A stretch of DNA of 64,000 bases from the NCBI RefSeq assembly GCF_009914755.1, contig NC_060927.1; one strand, given 5' to 3'. A program made the translations under genes and the position numbers. The stretch is from the human T2T-CHM13v2.0 reference genome, Homo sapiens. Shown piece by piece: positions 1 through 13,998 of this stretch (positions within the stretch are counted from its first letter, which is position 1; the number at the start of each line of letters is the position of its first letter). The notes beneath the pieces are model-generated. The model was given only the letters and a program-made list of their open reading frames with translations, had not been told where the DNA came from and searched no databases.

Positions 1-1659
1 TGAAATTATTAGCCATTTCTACAGAGTGTCAGCAACTGCAAATAGAAATGTGCCTTTGAAGGCAGCTGGATCCAACTGGGAATTGAAAAATTAATAGGAA
101 TTTAGAATAATGGGCATGTTTGCAATGAACCATTTATGGGTTCAAGAAACCTAGTTCCTCTGGTAATTTGAATAAGCAGTTTTGCTAACAAAGTTTGTCT
201 ATTAAGTGAACCTGCTGGATGTACCTATCATTCACAAACAACTCGAATTATCACTCTCCCATTAAATTTTACCCTTTCCCCTTAGCTTGCTGGTTTGTGG
301 AATTGATTCTCTCCATTCTAGGCAGGGAATGGAGAGAGAAAAAAATAGAAACAACTTACAGTGCTAGCAGAGGCAGGCTGGCCTACTTCTCCATCAGGGA
401 CGAAGAGTGTTTGTGTTACACACGTAACTTTGGATGAAATTCATGTGTATTTTGCAGGTAACTTTGGACGAAATTCAAGTGGTGCCACATTTATTTGAAA
501 TGGCAGATATTCTCAATAGAAATTCTCAGTTATTATCAATATCTACTAGTAATTCTTGATACTTCTTCTTAATAGATCTCCAGTATCATGGTCCTTGCCC
601 CTCTGACCAAAATGGATTTTAACCTCAGGAAAATAAGCAAGTGTCACCAGCAGCTTCAAAATGTTTATAATCATAATTATTCCTCATACTACTAAAATGT
701 GTTAGAGTTTCCTTGCCACCTTTATTTATGTGATTTTAGTCCCTTTTGTGTAACTTCCCTTTCCCCAGTGGAAATGTGTGTCCCTCAAGGAAATACAATG
801 TGCTGCTCACTCATTGATACATCAGGAACCCCTTTTATGTTCTCTTCAGTTTTGTAGCAGTTAGAGCACTGTTCTCAAGGAAACAGTTATCAACAGGATT
901 GGTTTTTCCATTTGGCTCTGAGATTGCAGCAGTATGGCAACAGGCCAGATCCAGGACGCCGATGCTTGCCAGGAAGGGTGAGGAAGGAGCCAGGGATCTC
1001 AGAGATCAGGTTGAGCAATATGAGAGCAGGACTTTGGTGCAAATGAAGCAGCACACATTTTAGCTGGTGTGAAGGTAGAAAAGATATTTAACCTCTTTGA
1101 GATCATTTCTTCATCTTTCTGTAGAGGATGATAGCAAGATGCACCTCGTGAGGTTATTGTAAAGATTAAAGGAGGCATTCATGTGAAGTCTGAGCGCAGT
1201 CCCTTGCGCAAGGCTAACATTTTTGTTTGGGTACACTGATCATCACTGCTAATTCAAGTTGAGGAGAAAGCCGTCTGCTTTGCTTGGAAAGTGTTCTATT
1301 TCAGTTTATTTAGATACATGGCTTAAGATATTTCACCTTACATTTCTATAGTTTATAAAAATCTATTATGTCCAAACTTTCAAAGTAGGTGACCCATTCT
1401 GTGAGCAAGTTGCACACACAGGCCTAGTTATGAGTAGTTATGATTAGCATACATATTGTTTTCTGGAGGCAAACATTCTAAGAGCCTGAAAAGTTTGGCT
1501 TTAATATATGAAGTCTCTTCCTTTTTAGCCATTTTTATGTTTTTTATTTGTTCATCAATACTCTTTCCTAGGAAATATATAATTACGCATTTAACAAATA
1601 CTTACATAATATTTACAGAGTGCCAAGCATTTCCTAGGCCTATTATAAATATTAATTAA

Positions 1660-1810
1660 CATAATCCTTATGAAGTTGCTTCTATTATTATTCCTGTGTT
1701 ACAGATATGTAAACTGAGGAACAAAGTAATTAAGTAAGTTGCTCAAAATCTCGTAGGTATTAAGCTGTCCAGCTGGGATTCTAATCCAGGCAGGCTGGCT
1801 TCAGCGTCTG
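1660..1810 (-). mobile_element. MIR SINE fragment
   Basis: Core motif ttacagatatgtaaactgagga...aagtaagttgctcaa...ctgggattctaatccaggcaggctggcttcag. Confidence 0.7.
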
Positions 1811-2589
1811 TACTTACAGGTATCAGGCTAGACCAATCTAGCCCATTTGTACGGTCGCAGCTTTTGAATAACTGGATTTGGGATTATTTAACTTGTTCTG
1901 TGTGTCTGTATGTCTAGGCTTTCTGAGTTAACTTAGACTTACCTTATTTAGTTTGTTTGGGACTATGGTACTAACTGTAAATTTCCCTTTTGCATAAGTC
2001 CTACAGGTAGGGAGTTTAGGGATGCAGGAGGATGCCAGGCAGTGGTGTTAAGGACTTCTCTAAAGAACCTGTGTCACATAAACTAGGAGCCATGGATTTG
2101 ACTGACTTAAACTGTTTTCTCAATCCAAACTAGATTCTGAGACTTCTGTCATTTTAAATTATCTTAGGAATCCCTTCTTAGTAATTCAAAGTAATTCTAC
2201 TCAGCACAAATAGAAGACCTATGTACTGAGACCAGGATTTTTTTTTATTTTCTTGCTAATAACTCAATTTTAGAATATTTTAAAACTCCACTAATCATAA
2301 TGAACCCTATGAATTTAAGAAATTTTTAAAGTTTTTCAACTAGTTTGTGTTTGGTTTTGAAGAAGTTAGTGAACTTGTTGGATTTCCGTCTTAGTACTTG
2401 TCCCTGATCCACCAGCAGTGGTCTGCTTTTATAATACCAACTGACCATATTTTTAGTTTGAAAAACACCATGAGCTTTCTTTGCTATACATGCTCCTGGT
2501 TTTCCTGCCACATCACTGGTGGCTCCTTTGCCATGTCCACCTATGTTCTGTGACTTCATAAAATCGAACTGCTCCAGAACTCAGGCTTT

Positions 2590-3580
2590 AGTCAGATCAT
2601 ATCACTCCTTCACTCAAAATGCTGTAATAACTCCTTGTTTAAAGTCCCTGCGGTAAGACTCTTCATCATCTGGTCCTTCACTTTCTCTCTGGCCTGATTG
2701 CCTATTGCATTACTTTGCTATGGCTGCTGGAACAATGTACCACAAACTTAAATGGTTTAAACAACAAAAAGTTGTCTCATGGTTCCAGAAGCTGAAGTCT
2801 GAGATCAAGGTGTCAGCAGGCCCTGCTCCCTCTGTTGGTGCTAGGGAAGGGCCTGTTCCTAGCTCCTCTCCTAGCTTCTGATAGCTGTTTGACTGGCAGA
2901 ACAACTCCAGTCTTCATATGGCATTGTCTTTGTGAGTATGTCTATCTCTGTGTCCAAATTTCCTCTTTTTATAAGGACACAGTTATATTGGATTAGGGGC
3001 CCACCTTATTCCAGTATAACCTCATTTTAACTAATGGCATCTGCAATTACTCTATTTCCAAATCAGGTCACATTCTGCAGTACTAGGGGTTGGGACTTCA
3101 ACATATGAATTTGGACACAATTCAGTCTGTAACACCTACTATGCTTCTTCCTACCCACTGTGGGGCAGCCATACTACCCTCTTTGAGGTTTTTTGAGTAC
3201 TTGAATGTGCTGCTGCCCTAAAGTCTTTGCCTTGTCTGTTCCCTCTGCCTAGAACACTTTCATCCTCACTACCACTGTCCTCATGGATTATAAACTCCCT
3301 TCTTTAAGTATGTCTTCAAATATGCCCTCCTCAGTAATGCCTACCCAGATCACCCTATTTAAAATCTTACCCCAACTCCTCCTCATACCCCTCAAACTCT
3401 TTTGTCTGTTGCTTTTCTTTTTTCCATAGTATTTATCACCTTATAACTAAAATGTTTATTGTTTGTCTTCTGACCCTGACACTGGAGTGTAAGCCCTCTG
3501 AGGGGTCTTTGTCTTTTTTTATTCTGTTGTAATCCAAGCACCTACAACTGAACTTGAGACTTAACAACAGGTCAAAAAAT
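2590..3580 (+). mobile_element. L2 LINE 3' fragments interrupted by an MLT1 LTR
   Basis: L2-like motifs agatcatatcactccttcactcaaaa and ctgttccctctgcctagaacactt...ctggagtgtaagccctctgaggg on either side of the LTR. Confidence 0.6.
2706..3134 (-). mobile_element. MaLR solo LTR (MLT1C/D-like)
   Basis: TG...CA ends (tgcattactttgctatggctgc...aattcagtctgtaaca), typical MLT1 body, 5-bp TSD cctat/cctac. Confidence 0.85.
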
Positions 3581-5903
3581 GTGTGTAGCATTCCCATTTT
3601 TCTTTGTTGCTTTAGTTTGAGAGATGCAACCCTTTAATATATTGGAGTAAGGCAGGTGGGAGAACGGCAAAACATATCTGAAACAAGTTTCTTGCACACT
3701 GCAACATGGCTTTTCCATGCCATACATTTGAGGCTTTTAGCTAAATGCCATCTTCATGATGACTGCAAATTCTTATGGGTGCTTGCCATGGCTCCCTTCT
3801 GAGAGCTCAAAGCATTCTCTTCCTACAGAGTGGAACCAAGCTCTTCCAGAGATGAGAGAGGCCTCATCTGACTTGGTCTGACATCACTTAGCATGCGGAG
3901 AAGCAATCACTGAGGCTTCTAGAAGGGACCTATTACTCAGGTCAAGAACTCAGGCATCATGACTTGCTGTGATTTTTCCTACTAGCATCAAAAGCAAAAA
4001 GCTCCTAAAGTAACCACAAAGTACTCTGAGAGACATTTCTCTGGCTTCACTGGAGAGGACACGGTTTAAAGGGCCACAGACGTTACATCTACTTGCCTTA
4101 ATAATCACATCAAGGTCTCCCATGGTTCTCTCGTAGCCAATGTGTCAGGAGAGATTCCCAGCAGAACTGCTGAGCTAGCCAAGCCACCATTTTATATTAA
4201 AATTGTCTATTTGTTATCAGCCTCTACCTCATAGAATGTGGAGGCTGATGAGGGCAAGCAGGTCTTGGCCATTGCTGTTTTTCATTCTGGCGCCCAGCAT
4301 AGATGCTATATATGGAAAATGCTTGGAAAATCCTTCTTAAACCCCAGCTGAAGTACAGTCTCAGAGCTCAGCCCACACAAGCTCATGCAGGTTGCATCAC
4401 CACCCAGCTACCTGGGTTACTTATCATAGTGGCATGGTCCATGCCTTTGTTCTTTGGTTTAGTTTCTCCTTAAACTCATGAATGGCTTGCAAAAATAAAT
4501 GCTGAAACACTGCTTAAGCAGTTCTTCTTGCAGGGGTAAGATTGGTGACGTGTAGGAGAGTCTGAAAGGGTGTTTCTGATGTGCCCCAGGTGGTGAAACC
4601 TGTCAACAATGCATCTAAAATGAATGAGTCTTCAAAGAGGAAGGACTCCCTACACAGATGTGGGAAACATGACACTGATTTTTTTTTTCAGCCATGCTCT
4701 TTCATGGATGGCAACATTATCCATGACCAACCATAAAACAGGAATGGTATCAAAAGGCATCATTGACCAAAGCAGCACATATGATCCCTCAATCCACAGG
4801 TAATAAACCCATCTTATTCCTTATTTGGCCATCCATCATATACTCCCTGAACAATGGCACTTTTTTTTTTTTCTCATCCTATCAGTGTTATCTACATTAA
4901 GTCCATTTAAAAGAAAATGCTAGGCATGTTTTAGTGTAGAGGTAGTTCCTTTTGATGAGGATGGCTTCTTTCTGCAGACAAAGCTTTATCAAGAACCTAA
5001 TGAAGCCTAAGCTTTGGGGCCTTTTACTTCCCCTAGTGGGAGCTTTACCATGTGCCGCAATCATTTTTGTTTGTAAAATTTTCAAAAGGAATATATTTTA
5101 ACCACAATAGGTTTGTTGTACTGTCTCTCACCATTCTGATTTTCCTTCTGCCACACTTATCTTCATATGGCTGCAGGCAATTTTGAGGTTTAGCTAAAAG
5201 GGAATGATAAGTTGAGAATGCATTTATTTAGGTTAGATTGAGCAGTATATACTTAAATAGTTTGCAGTAATTTCCAAGTATAGCTGTTGCTAGTCATCCT
5301 GGTGTAGGAATAAATGGGCTTGCAAGATTACTTGAGATACCTGCTTCATGACTCACTGAGTGTTAGGACGCTAAGGGGCAGGGCCTGAGATTTTGCCCCA
5401 GGTTGGATAGCTCCTACAGTGCATTGCACCAGAATTGTGTGAATGGGGAAGGTGAAGGAAGGCTTGAAATAGCCAAAAACAGATCTGTGGAAAAGTATTA
5501 TAAGAGATACATTCGGCAGTCAGTGATTAATAAAGCCATTATGTTATTTTTCTGGATTTCATGTTTGTGTTTGTCAACTTTTTGTAATTTGTCACTTGGG
5601 TGATTTTTTTTCTCATCTTAAATGAATGTTCATCTTCACTCCTAATTTATTTGTTTTTTTTTCTTACAGAATTTTTCCTATTTTTAAAAAACATTAAGAC
5701 TTCCAAAACACGGATTGTCCCTTCTACAGCCTTATCAATTCTCTTTAATTTGTTAAATTTTGACAAGTCCTCTTGGTCCTAATGTATGAAAATGTCATAT
5801 AAAGTTTAATGTCATTTGGTGGTTGTTATTAGTAATTTCACTGCTCTCAACAACTTCTAAAAACATACAGATATTAGATAACTAGTCCTTATCAAGTCTC
5901 TAA

Positions 5904-6236
<333 letters not shown>

Positions 6237-8647
6237 TAGCATCCTATATTTATAGAATAAGTGGAGTTGGGCAATATGAGTAGATTTTCATAGCTCAAAA
6301 GCTCTATGAATTACCCAGCATTTTTGTCTTTTTGCCTTCTACATGGGGCTATGCCCTTCTACATAAAACATATTTTTTTTCCTAATTATTTGCAGATAAT
6401 ATGAGAGAATTCCTAAATGTTATTTTTGCTGAATGCCTTTATTCTACATATATAATAGATACTTCGGTGAAAAATGAATGTTTTGGATAGCCACAATATT
6501 CTGAAATTTTCTATGAGGAAAGATGGTAATAAAGTGTTTAAGCATTTCTACTTGAACTAGAGTTGACTAATTAGAACAGGTCAAAGCATGTGCATTTGTA
6601 TACAGAGGATAATTTTGTTTGGCATTTCCAGTCATCAATCTAACTGCAGTAATGGATTTAGAAGATATCAGTAAAGCTTTGAAAACTGTAGTGTGACAAA
6701 TAATACAAGCTCACCCTTTAAATAAATTGTACCACCAAGAAATAGAGTGATAATAAGTTTTGATAAAAGTAATTCAAAACTTTCCAGATCTAGTGTAAGC
6801 CAGTTGTAGAGCCTTTGAAATCTTTGGAGTTCTGTTTTGACCACAGATAAATCACTAATGTCTGGTTCATTTCAGGATATTTTTTAGGATGAAGGCTATA
6901 GGATAAATGAAAGAAAGCCTCTACATTTTACTTTACTAGTGAGGAAGTATTTGCATTTCCTGTCCTTAGAGATGTACCAAGTACTCTTAAGGTGCACAAC
7001 CCCATGCTAAGTGTAGACCTTTACCAAATCCTTTAAGTCCTTTAGAGCTCAGTTTCCTTATTTTATATGTTTTGAGCTCCGGCACAAATATTCTGTGGTG
7101 TTTTGTCTTTATTCATATATTAAGTGGGTCAGATCCATAATAGAGTAGAAGAGTAATTAGCACTCTAGGTATAAGAGAGTGCTATGGGAATTGAAGATAT
7201 CACTGAAACCCTTAGGATTCCACTGAATTATTATTTAATACTTGGGAAAGAGTTACTAGAGGGGATAATCCTGGCTTGAGGTCAGCAACTCCAAATCTGG
7301 GCATTAGAACAGAGTCACGCATTATTCAACAACTCTGTACTAAGGTCTCAACGTAAAATTAAATTTGCATATGGTCAAAATTACCTACCTCTCTCCTTTA
7401 TGAAGTAAGTCTATTGCAGACTGACATTTTTGTCTTTAACTAATGTAGTCAGATTTTTCCTCAGTATTGAATAGGTAACTAACTCTTGAGTTCAGCCTCT
7501 AATAAAATAGTTGCCTTTTGTTTTGGGGACATATTACATATTTTTTTAAAATAAAGTTTATCTTTATATCATTCCAACGGTTTTCCTCTCTTTTTAATTA
7601 TTTGCTTATTTATTTACTTATCTATGTGTTCATGCTGAGCTTGTATATTAAGTTTGTGTAAGTTAAATGTGCTTATTTGGGCCTGGATTCCACTGTGCTT
7701 TCTAGGTTTACTGCTAATGGTGAAGGTTTCTCTCAACCATTCATTACTAAATCACACTGCTAGAGTGGACCATTTCGGTGACATCATCTTTGTCTCCTAT
7801 TCTTATTTTACCATTTGAGACTGCAAAACCTCTAACTTCTAGGCCAGTTCCTCAATGCTTTATCATTGACACCACTTGCCATTTTCTTCTATTTTGGGGG
7901 GGAAATTTAAAAAGTGATGGCTGCCTTTTTAAAGGTTATATAGATATTTCATTTTCTAATTTTATCTCAAAGATTTTAATCTTTAATATTTTTTTCTGAG
8001 ATAAAAAGGTATTCAATGTCAGGGAGGGAAAGATGTAAAATAAGTTATTTGAAATCATATTTGGTATGTACAGAGGAATAAATACAGACAGATTAAGATC
8101 TATAGTGACACATCTTATACTGATTTGTGCTTCCCTATAAGAGAATGTGTGTGCATCTTAAAAGACAGAGCCAAGATTTCTGTTAAGATTAATTGACATG
8201 GAGTGGTTTTTCTCTTAATAACTTCAAAGTAAAGTTTTTTTTTCTATTTTTGGCATAAGTAGAGTACCCTAACTCAAACAGACCAACATTTCTTGAACAT
8301 TAAATAAAGACAAATTCTGACATTTTTAAATAATGAGTACATTATATGTTCCAACTTAGAAAATATTTAACCTTATTTCAATTATTATGTTTTTGGAGCA
8401 CTTGAAAATGTAATCTATTAAAAGTTGCCATGAAGCCTGTGGGAAATTAGTCTAGTGATGGTTAATTTGTTTACCTAAACCATACTTGTTTTGAAAATTA
8501 TGAAACCTAAATAGTCTATGTTTAAAGAGAAACAAACCATTTTTAATGATTTGAAGTGTAATTTTTTCTCCCTCCTTTCCAATAATTTATTCCTATGAGG
8601 TTGAGAAGAACTAACTTTTATTAAGGAGGATGTACTTTGTTTTGAAC

Positions 8648-8793
8648 TTTTTTTTTTTTTTTTTTTGAGAGAGGCTGGAGTGCAGTGGCATGATCATAGC
8701 TTACTGTAACCTCAAACTCCTGGGCTCAAATGATCTTCCCACTTTGATCTCCCAAAGCACTGGGATTACAGGCATGAGCCACCTCACCCAGCC
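8648..8793 (-). mobile_element. Alu monomer (FRAM-like or recombined AluJ)
   Basis: Single ~125-bp arm plus poly-T; TSD tgttttga (8638-8645 / 8794-8801). Confidence 0.85.
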
Positions 8794-9297
8794 TGTTTTG
8801 ATTTTTGACAAAATGTGTCATTGATTAAACTGGAATCAGATATTTTGCTGTTTTCTGTTACCAAGATTAGAATTACCAGTCATTCCCAAGGATATGTTTT
8901 GGACTAGGTGTTAATGAGTACTGTACAAACAGATGACACCTTGCATAAAACCCAGCCTCCAGCATGTAGGGGCTTGTAGTAACGACAGACATACAGAATT
9001 CTAACACAGAGATGGCTTTGGCAAATGCTAGAATGAAGTAAAACAGTTAAGTTGAAGGAGAGGAAAGAAAAACAGAGGCAACCGTGATGAAGACTGAGAA
9101 AGAAAAAGGATATGAATGGGACGTTGATACAGCTTCAGGAATAGAATGAGATAAAAATTAGGACAAAGGCTGTAGTCAAAACATGGAATACATTGAATAC
9201 TAACCTGAGGGATTTAGACTTTACTCTCAATACCTGAAATCGAATGGTAATATGAAGGAACACTTGTAGAGATATAATAGAGTAGCAAAACTCTAAT

Positions 9298-9369
9298 ATG
9301 GATTGGATTTTTATGGACCCACAAAAATCAGAACTCTATTATGGAAGGGTCCATAAAAATCCAATCCAT
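9298..9369. repeat. Perfect 23-bp inverted repeat with 26-nt spacer
   Basis: ATGGATTGGATTTTTATGGACCC (9298-9320) and GGGTCCATAAAAATCCAATCCAT (9347-9369). Confidence 0.95.
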
Positions 9370-9500
9370 TATTTTACAGATAAGGAAACTGAGGCACAGA
9401 AGTGACTTTTGGAAGTGACTTACCAAAGGTTGCATACAATATCAGTAGCTTAGAGGGACCAAAAACCCAAGTCTGCTGACTTCTAGCCTAGAAATCTTTC
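9345..9500 (-). mobile_element. MIR SINE fragment
   Basis: attttacagataaggaaactgaggcacaga...tgacttaccaaagg. Confidence 0.75.
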
Positions 9501-10640
9501 GATCACATTAGGCTATATTGGGCTATTCAAGGTCAAAGTCCTCAGCAGTTATTACATCTTGAATATGTTGATATAGGCCTAGTTGTCATTGTTTTTTAGT
9601 ATCTGTTCTTCTCCTACGGGCTTCTAAGAATGAGAATCTTCTGGACGTATGAATGTGGTATGTATGCTAATATATTTGCCCTTCATATAAAAATTCTTAT
9701 AATTCCCTTTTTAGAAAATTGTTGACTCACTCCATGACTTGTGGAAGGTGGTACGTTTTGTTCATGTGAACTTGACAGTTTCTTGTAACATTTATTCTCT
9801 AGAAATTGGCTTTTCTATCTACTCTGGGAGTTATTTTAGTTCTTGGTTTCCCGCATTCATAGATGGCTGATTCGGATAATATTTATGTCCACAATATGGA
9901 CCTAAAATTCACAAAAATTAAATGTATTCATTTAGAATACTTGTGAGTGATATTTTCCTCCATAAGCTATTTTGGCTGGTGTGCTAGGTCAGGTATACAT
10001 GCCAATGATTTCAGAAGTAAGTCTTATAGGTGTTTATTATGAATTCAATGTTTATGAAAAGTGATATCATTAGCAATGCACATTGTTAGGAACTGAAAAT
10101 ATGTATTTTGAAGTAATTCTTTTGATATGAAATTCTTCTTGACCATATGGGGCTTCCCCCAGTCTTAGATGTATGTTCCAATGGAATAAATATTGAATGC
10201 TTGTCTTGTAAGGCATAATTTGAAAAATATTAAGGCCTTTATATTGAGAATACAAATTTTGTTGAGCAGTGCTTCAACTGCCAGCAGGATTGGCAAAACA
10301 GCTTTAGGCAAAAGCAGTGTCTACTACAGTTAGCTATTTTATATGTTGTCCACACATATTTGGTATAATTATATATGTTTGTATGTGTATACATGTGGAT
10401 AAAATTTTCCATTCTGAGCCCTATGAAAGGTAGTTTTGATCATTAGTAGTAGTAGTTAACAGAGACTCTCTGCCTTGAACATTACAAGGGCATGCTTGAT
10501 ATTTCCTGGATAATAAGCAAGGTCATCAGAAGAAACTGTGGTTTCTATAATCCTTGTCTTGGTAAGGTCTTGACAGTAAGAGACCGAGTTACATTTTGGA
10601 GGCATCATACTTCTTTGGCATCAAAGTGTTTGCTCCACCA

Positions 10641-10732
10641 TCTCTCTCTCTCTCTCTGTTTCTTTCAGTCTTTCTCTCTCTCTCTCTCTGTCACACACAC
10701 ACACATGCATGCACACACACACACACACACAC
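10641..10732. repeat. Compound (CT)n/(CA)n microsatellite
   Basis: Direct reading. Confidence 0.9.
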
Positions 10733-12199
10733 GGGAAAATTCACTCTGCAGGAAAGGCAGCTGTTAACTTACTGATGTTTAGGCTATTCAGGCTGTGCTC
10801 TGCTAAGCTCAGTTGGGTGCCATTCACAAAAGACCCCCTAGGATATGGTGCCTATAATTGGAATGGTGCCTTCTGGGGCTCTGCAGTGCCCTTCAAGAGC
10901 AGGACATATCTTAAAATGTTTCCAAAAGATTTTCAATAACAGGAAAAAACACCCATATACATTAGATCTATGATTTGTATACAATTCTGCAGATCCACAA
11001 TTTCCCAGTCTCTTATCTCTGACTTGTCCACTAGACCTCAAGACTTAGGGTCTATTTTTGGAGCCGTGTCCCAAGTCTTCACCTGGATTCTTCACTGGAC
11101 TCCTTTTGCCTGGATAGGTCCAGTGACACTTTCAAATCATTGCAATCACTGGAATTTATTGTTTATACTCAGGCATAAATATGGGAAATATCACTGTTAC
11201 TCTCTAGAGCCAACATTACTCTTTGGGCACCTCAGTCTGGGTTTCCTTCTAATCTTGAAAACCAGACAAGACATCTGCTCCCCTCTGTGCTTTCTTCTTT
11301 AGCAACTCTGTTGTCCTTAATCCCTCCTTTCACTCATTTCTTTCCACCTGGGGCCAAGTTGCTATTTTCCATAGTGTTACTAATCTGTACATCTAATGAG
11401 CCAGTATTTTATCCTATTCTGATATGTCAGAGAAGGGGGATGATTGGGAGTAAGATAGTATACATGACACTTTTCTCTATTGAGAACTTTTATTCCTCGA
11501 GGTGACCCGTTGTCTAGATTGAAGATCAACATATACAAGAGAACTCAAGAATTCCCAACATCACTATGGATTATATTTGAATATCATTGCTTTATTTCTG
11601 TGAAAGTGTTCTCAGTCCAGAGCTTGAGAAGGAGTATACACACGCAGAGGGACACATAGGTTACAAATGATACAAAGATATAAGACATATCAGCTACCTA
11701 TGGCCTATGAAGAATAAGAAAATGAGTTTAATGTAAAACAAAAGTAACCAGAATTTTTGAACATCTTGTTTATGCTATAGATTCAGGGAAACACTCAGTA
11801 TCTGTTATGCACCATGTGGTCGCAGCAATTGTGAAGTATAGATAATGTTGTAGGCCCAGTGAGCGGCAACAAGGGTCAAAGTCGGTGGTCATGATTTGGT
11901 TGCAAGTCTGTCTGACTTCAAGGATCTTGTGTTTCCACTATACATGATGCCTGTGAAAAGATGTTTCCAGGGGAAAGGAACCACCCTTTTGGTGGTTATA
12001 CATGTGCTCTTCATGTATAATGTTATGCACTTTCATGTATTCCTCACTGAGACCACATAATAATCATGTAAGCGAGGTATAGGTTATCATTCCTACTTAG
12101 ATTCCAGAGCTGTGAGAGGAGGCTAATTTGTTCAGGATCGCATGACCACAAAGGCATAAACCAGAATTGGAATCCAAACAGTATGACTCTAGGGCAGTA

Positions 12200-12450
12200 C
12201 CCTGTGCATACCCTGTGGGCCCTACCTGTCTCACCTCCTGTTTTTTTGAACAGGTGAGCTAAGAACAATAGTTATATTAATAAATGTTCAAAAGAATGAT
12301 ATTATTATTTAATGACAATAATTGTTTACATATTTTCTGTGGCTGTTTTCGTACTATGAATGTTGAGTATTTGTGACAGACTATATGGCCTTCAGAGCCT
12401 AAAATATTTAGTTGCTGGCCTTTTACGGAAGAATTTGCTAATCCCTATTC
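12200..12450. mobile_element. MER58-type hAT-Charlie DNA transposon remnant
   Basis: gttgagtatttgtgacagactatatggcc...gcctaaaatattta...ctggccttttacggaagaatttgc. Confidence 0.65.
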
Positions 12451-13318
12451 TAAAATCTACATTCTTAGCCTCAGGGCTGTTCTTTTTTCACAAGCTCGTG
12501 CCAGGCTTATATTGAGCACTTTTATAATTTGTGGCTTATTTTGTAACATATGAGAGTTTTAAAATAAAAATAAACATCTGAAACATTTTGGATGAATGTG
12601 GCACAGATGTGAAATTTTAGGGGCAGCTCAGTAAAACCATAAAATAGATTCTATAATGTATTGTGGGAAAGCATGATAAATGTTTTACTCACAGCATTGC
12701 TAGTTCTGTGATTCATTTAAAAAATGTATCTATGTTGACAAATAAAATGATGTTTATTTGTGTGTTACGTCACCAATATATTTAGCTAATTTCTATTTAT
12801 TTGTATTCATCAGGTTATTTTCCAAAGCAGATAAAAAGTAGAACATTCACTGGAAACTTATGAATAAAGCTACATGCTTAATGGTTTAGCTAATAAGGCC
12901 AGAGAAAAAACAAATATGTCTACCTATGAAAAAAATTGTATTTAAGACACCTACTATGTGCTGTGCACTTTTATAGGAGGTAACTCATTTTACTCTTCAA
13001 GACTCAGAAGTAAAATAACCACTGCAAGTCATGCAGCGAAGCCGGATCTTGGAACTCCAAATCAGCATCTTTTTGTAAAACATTATAGGACATTTATAAT
13101 TTCAAGTTGTACATTAGTCTAGAATTACTCATCCAGCTGGACAATGGATTCTGTTTCTATTTATTTGACTCTATTACTTCTGTCTGTTATTAGTTGTTCT
13201 AAGTATTACCCATTATTTGACTTTATTACTTCTGTCTGTAGTTTACTAGATGTTCAAAAGTAGCTGAAGATGTAAATGATATTGCCACTACTTCATATCT
13301 CACAAAATAGTTGAAGAT

Positions 13319-13998
13319 GCCCTCTTCTCACAGCTCCACTAGGTGGTGCCCCAGTAGGGACTCTGTGGGGTGCTCCAACACCACATTTCCCTTCCATGCC
13401 CTAGCAGAGGTTCTCCATGAGTGCCCTACCCCTGCAGCAAGCTTCTGCCTGGCCATCCAGGCATTTCCGTATACCTTCTGAAATCTAGGTGGAGGTTCCC
13501 AAACCTCAATTCTTGACTTCTGTGCACTTTCAAGCTCAACATCACATGGAAGCTGCCAAGGCTAGGGGCTTGCACCCTCTGAAGCCAGGGCTTGAGATCT
13601 ACATTGGCTCCTTTCAGCCACTGCTGGATCAGCTGGACACAGGGCACCAAGTCCGTAGGCTGCGCACAGCATGCAGACCCCAGGCCCAGCCCAAGAAACA
13701 TTTTCTCCTAGGCCTCTGGGCCTGTGATGGGAGGGGCTGTGACATGCCCTGGAGACATTTTCCCCTCCTCATCTCCATCTGAGACCACCTTATCTTGGAC
13801 CTTATTGTTCATATCACTATCAGCATTTTTGTCAAAGCAATACAAGTCTCTAGGAAGTTCCAAATTTTCCCACATTTTCCTGCCTTCTTCTGAGCCCTCC
13901 AAACTGTTCCAACCTCTGCCTGTAACCCAGTTCCAAAGTTGCCTCCATGTTTTCAGTTATCTTTTCAGCAATGCCCCACTCTACTGGTACCAATTTAC
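13319..13998 (-). mobile_element. THE1 internal sequence (partial, internally deleted)
   Basis: ccctcttctcacagctccactagg...ctctactggtaccaattta directly abutting the LTR; second LTR absent. Confidence 0.85.
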
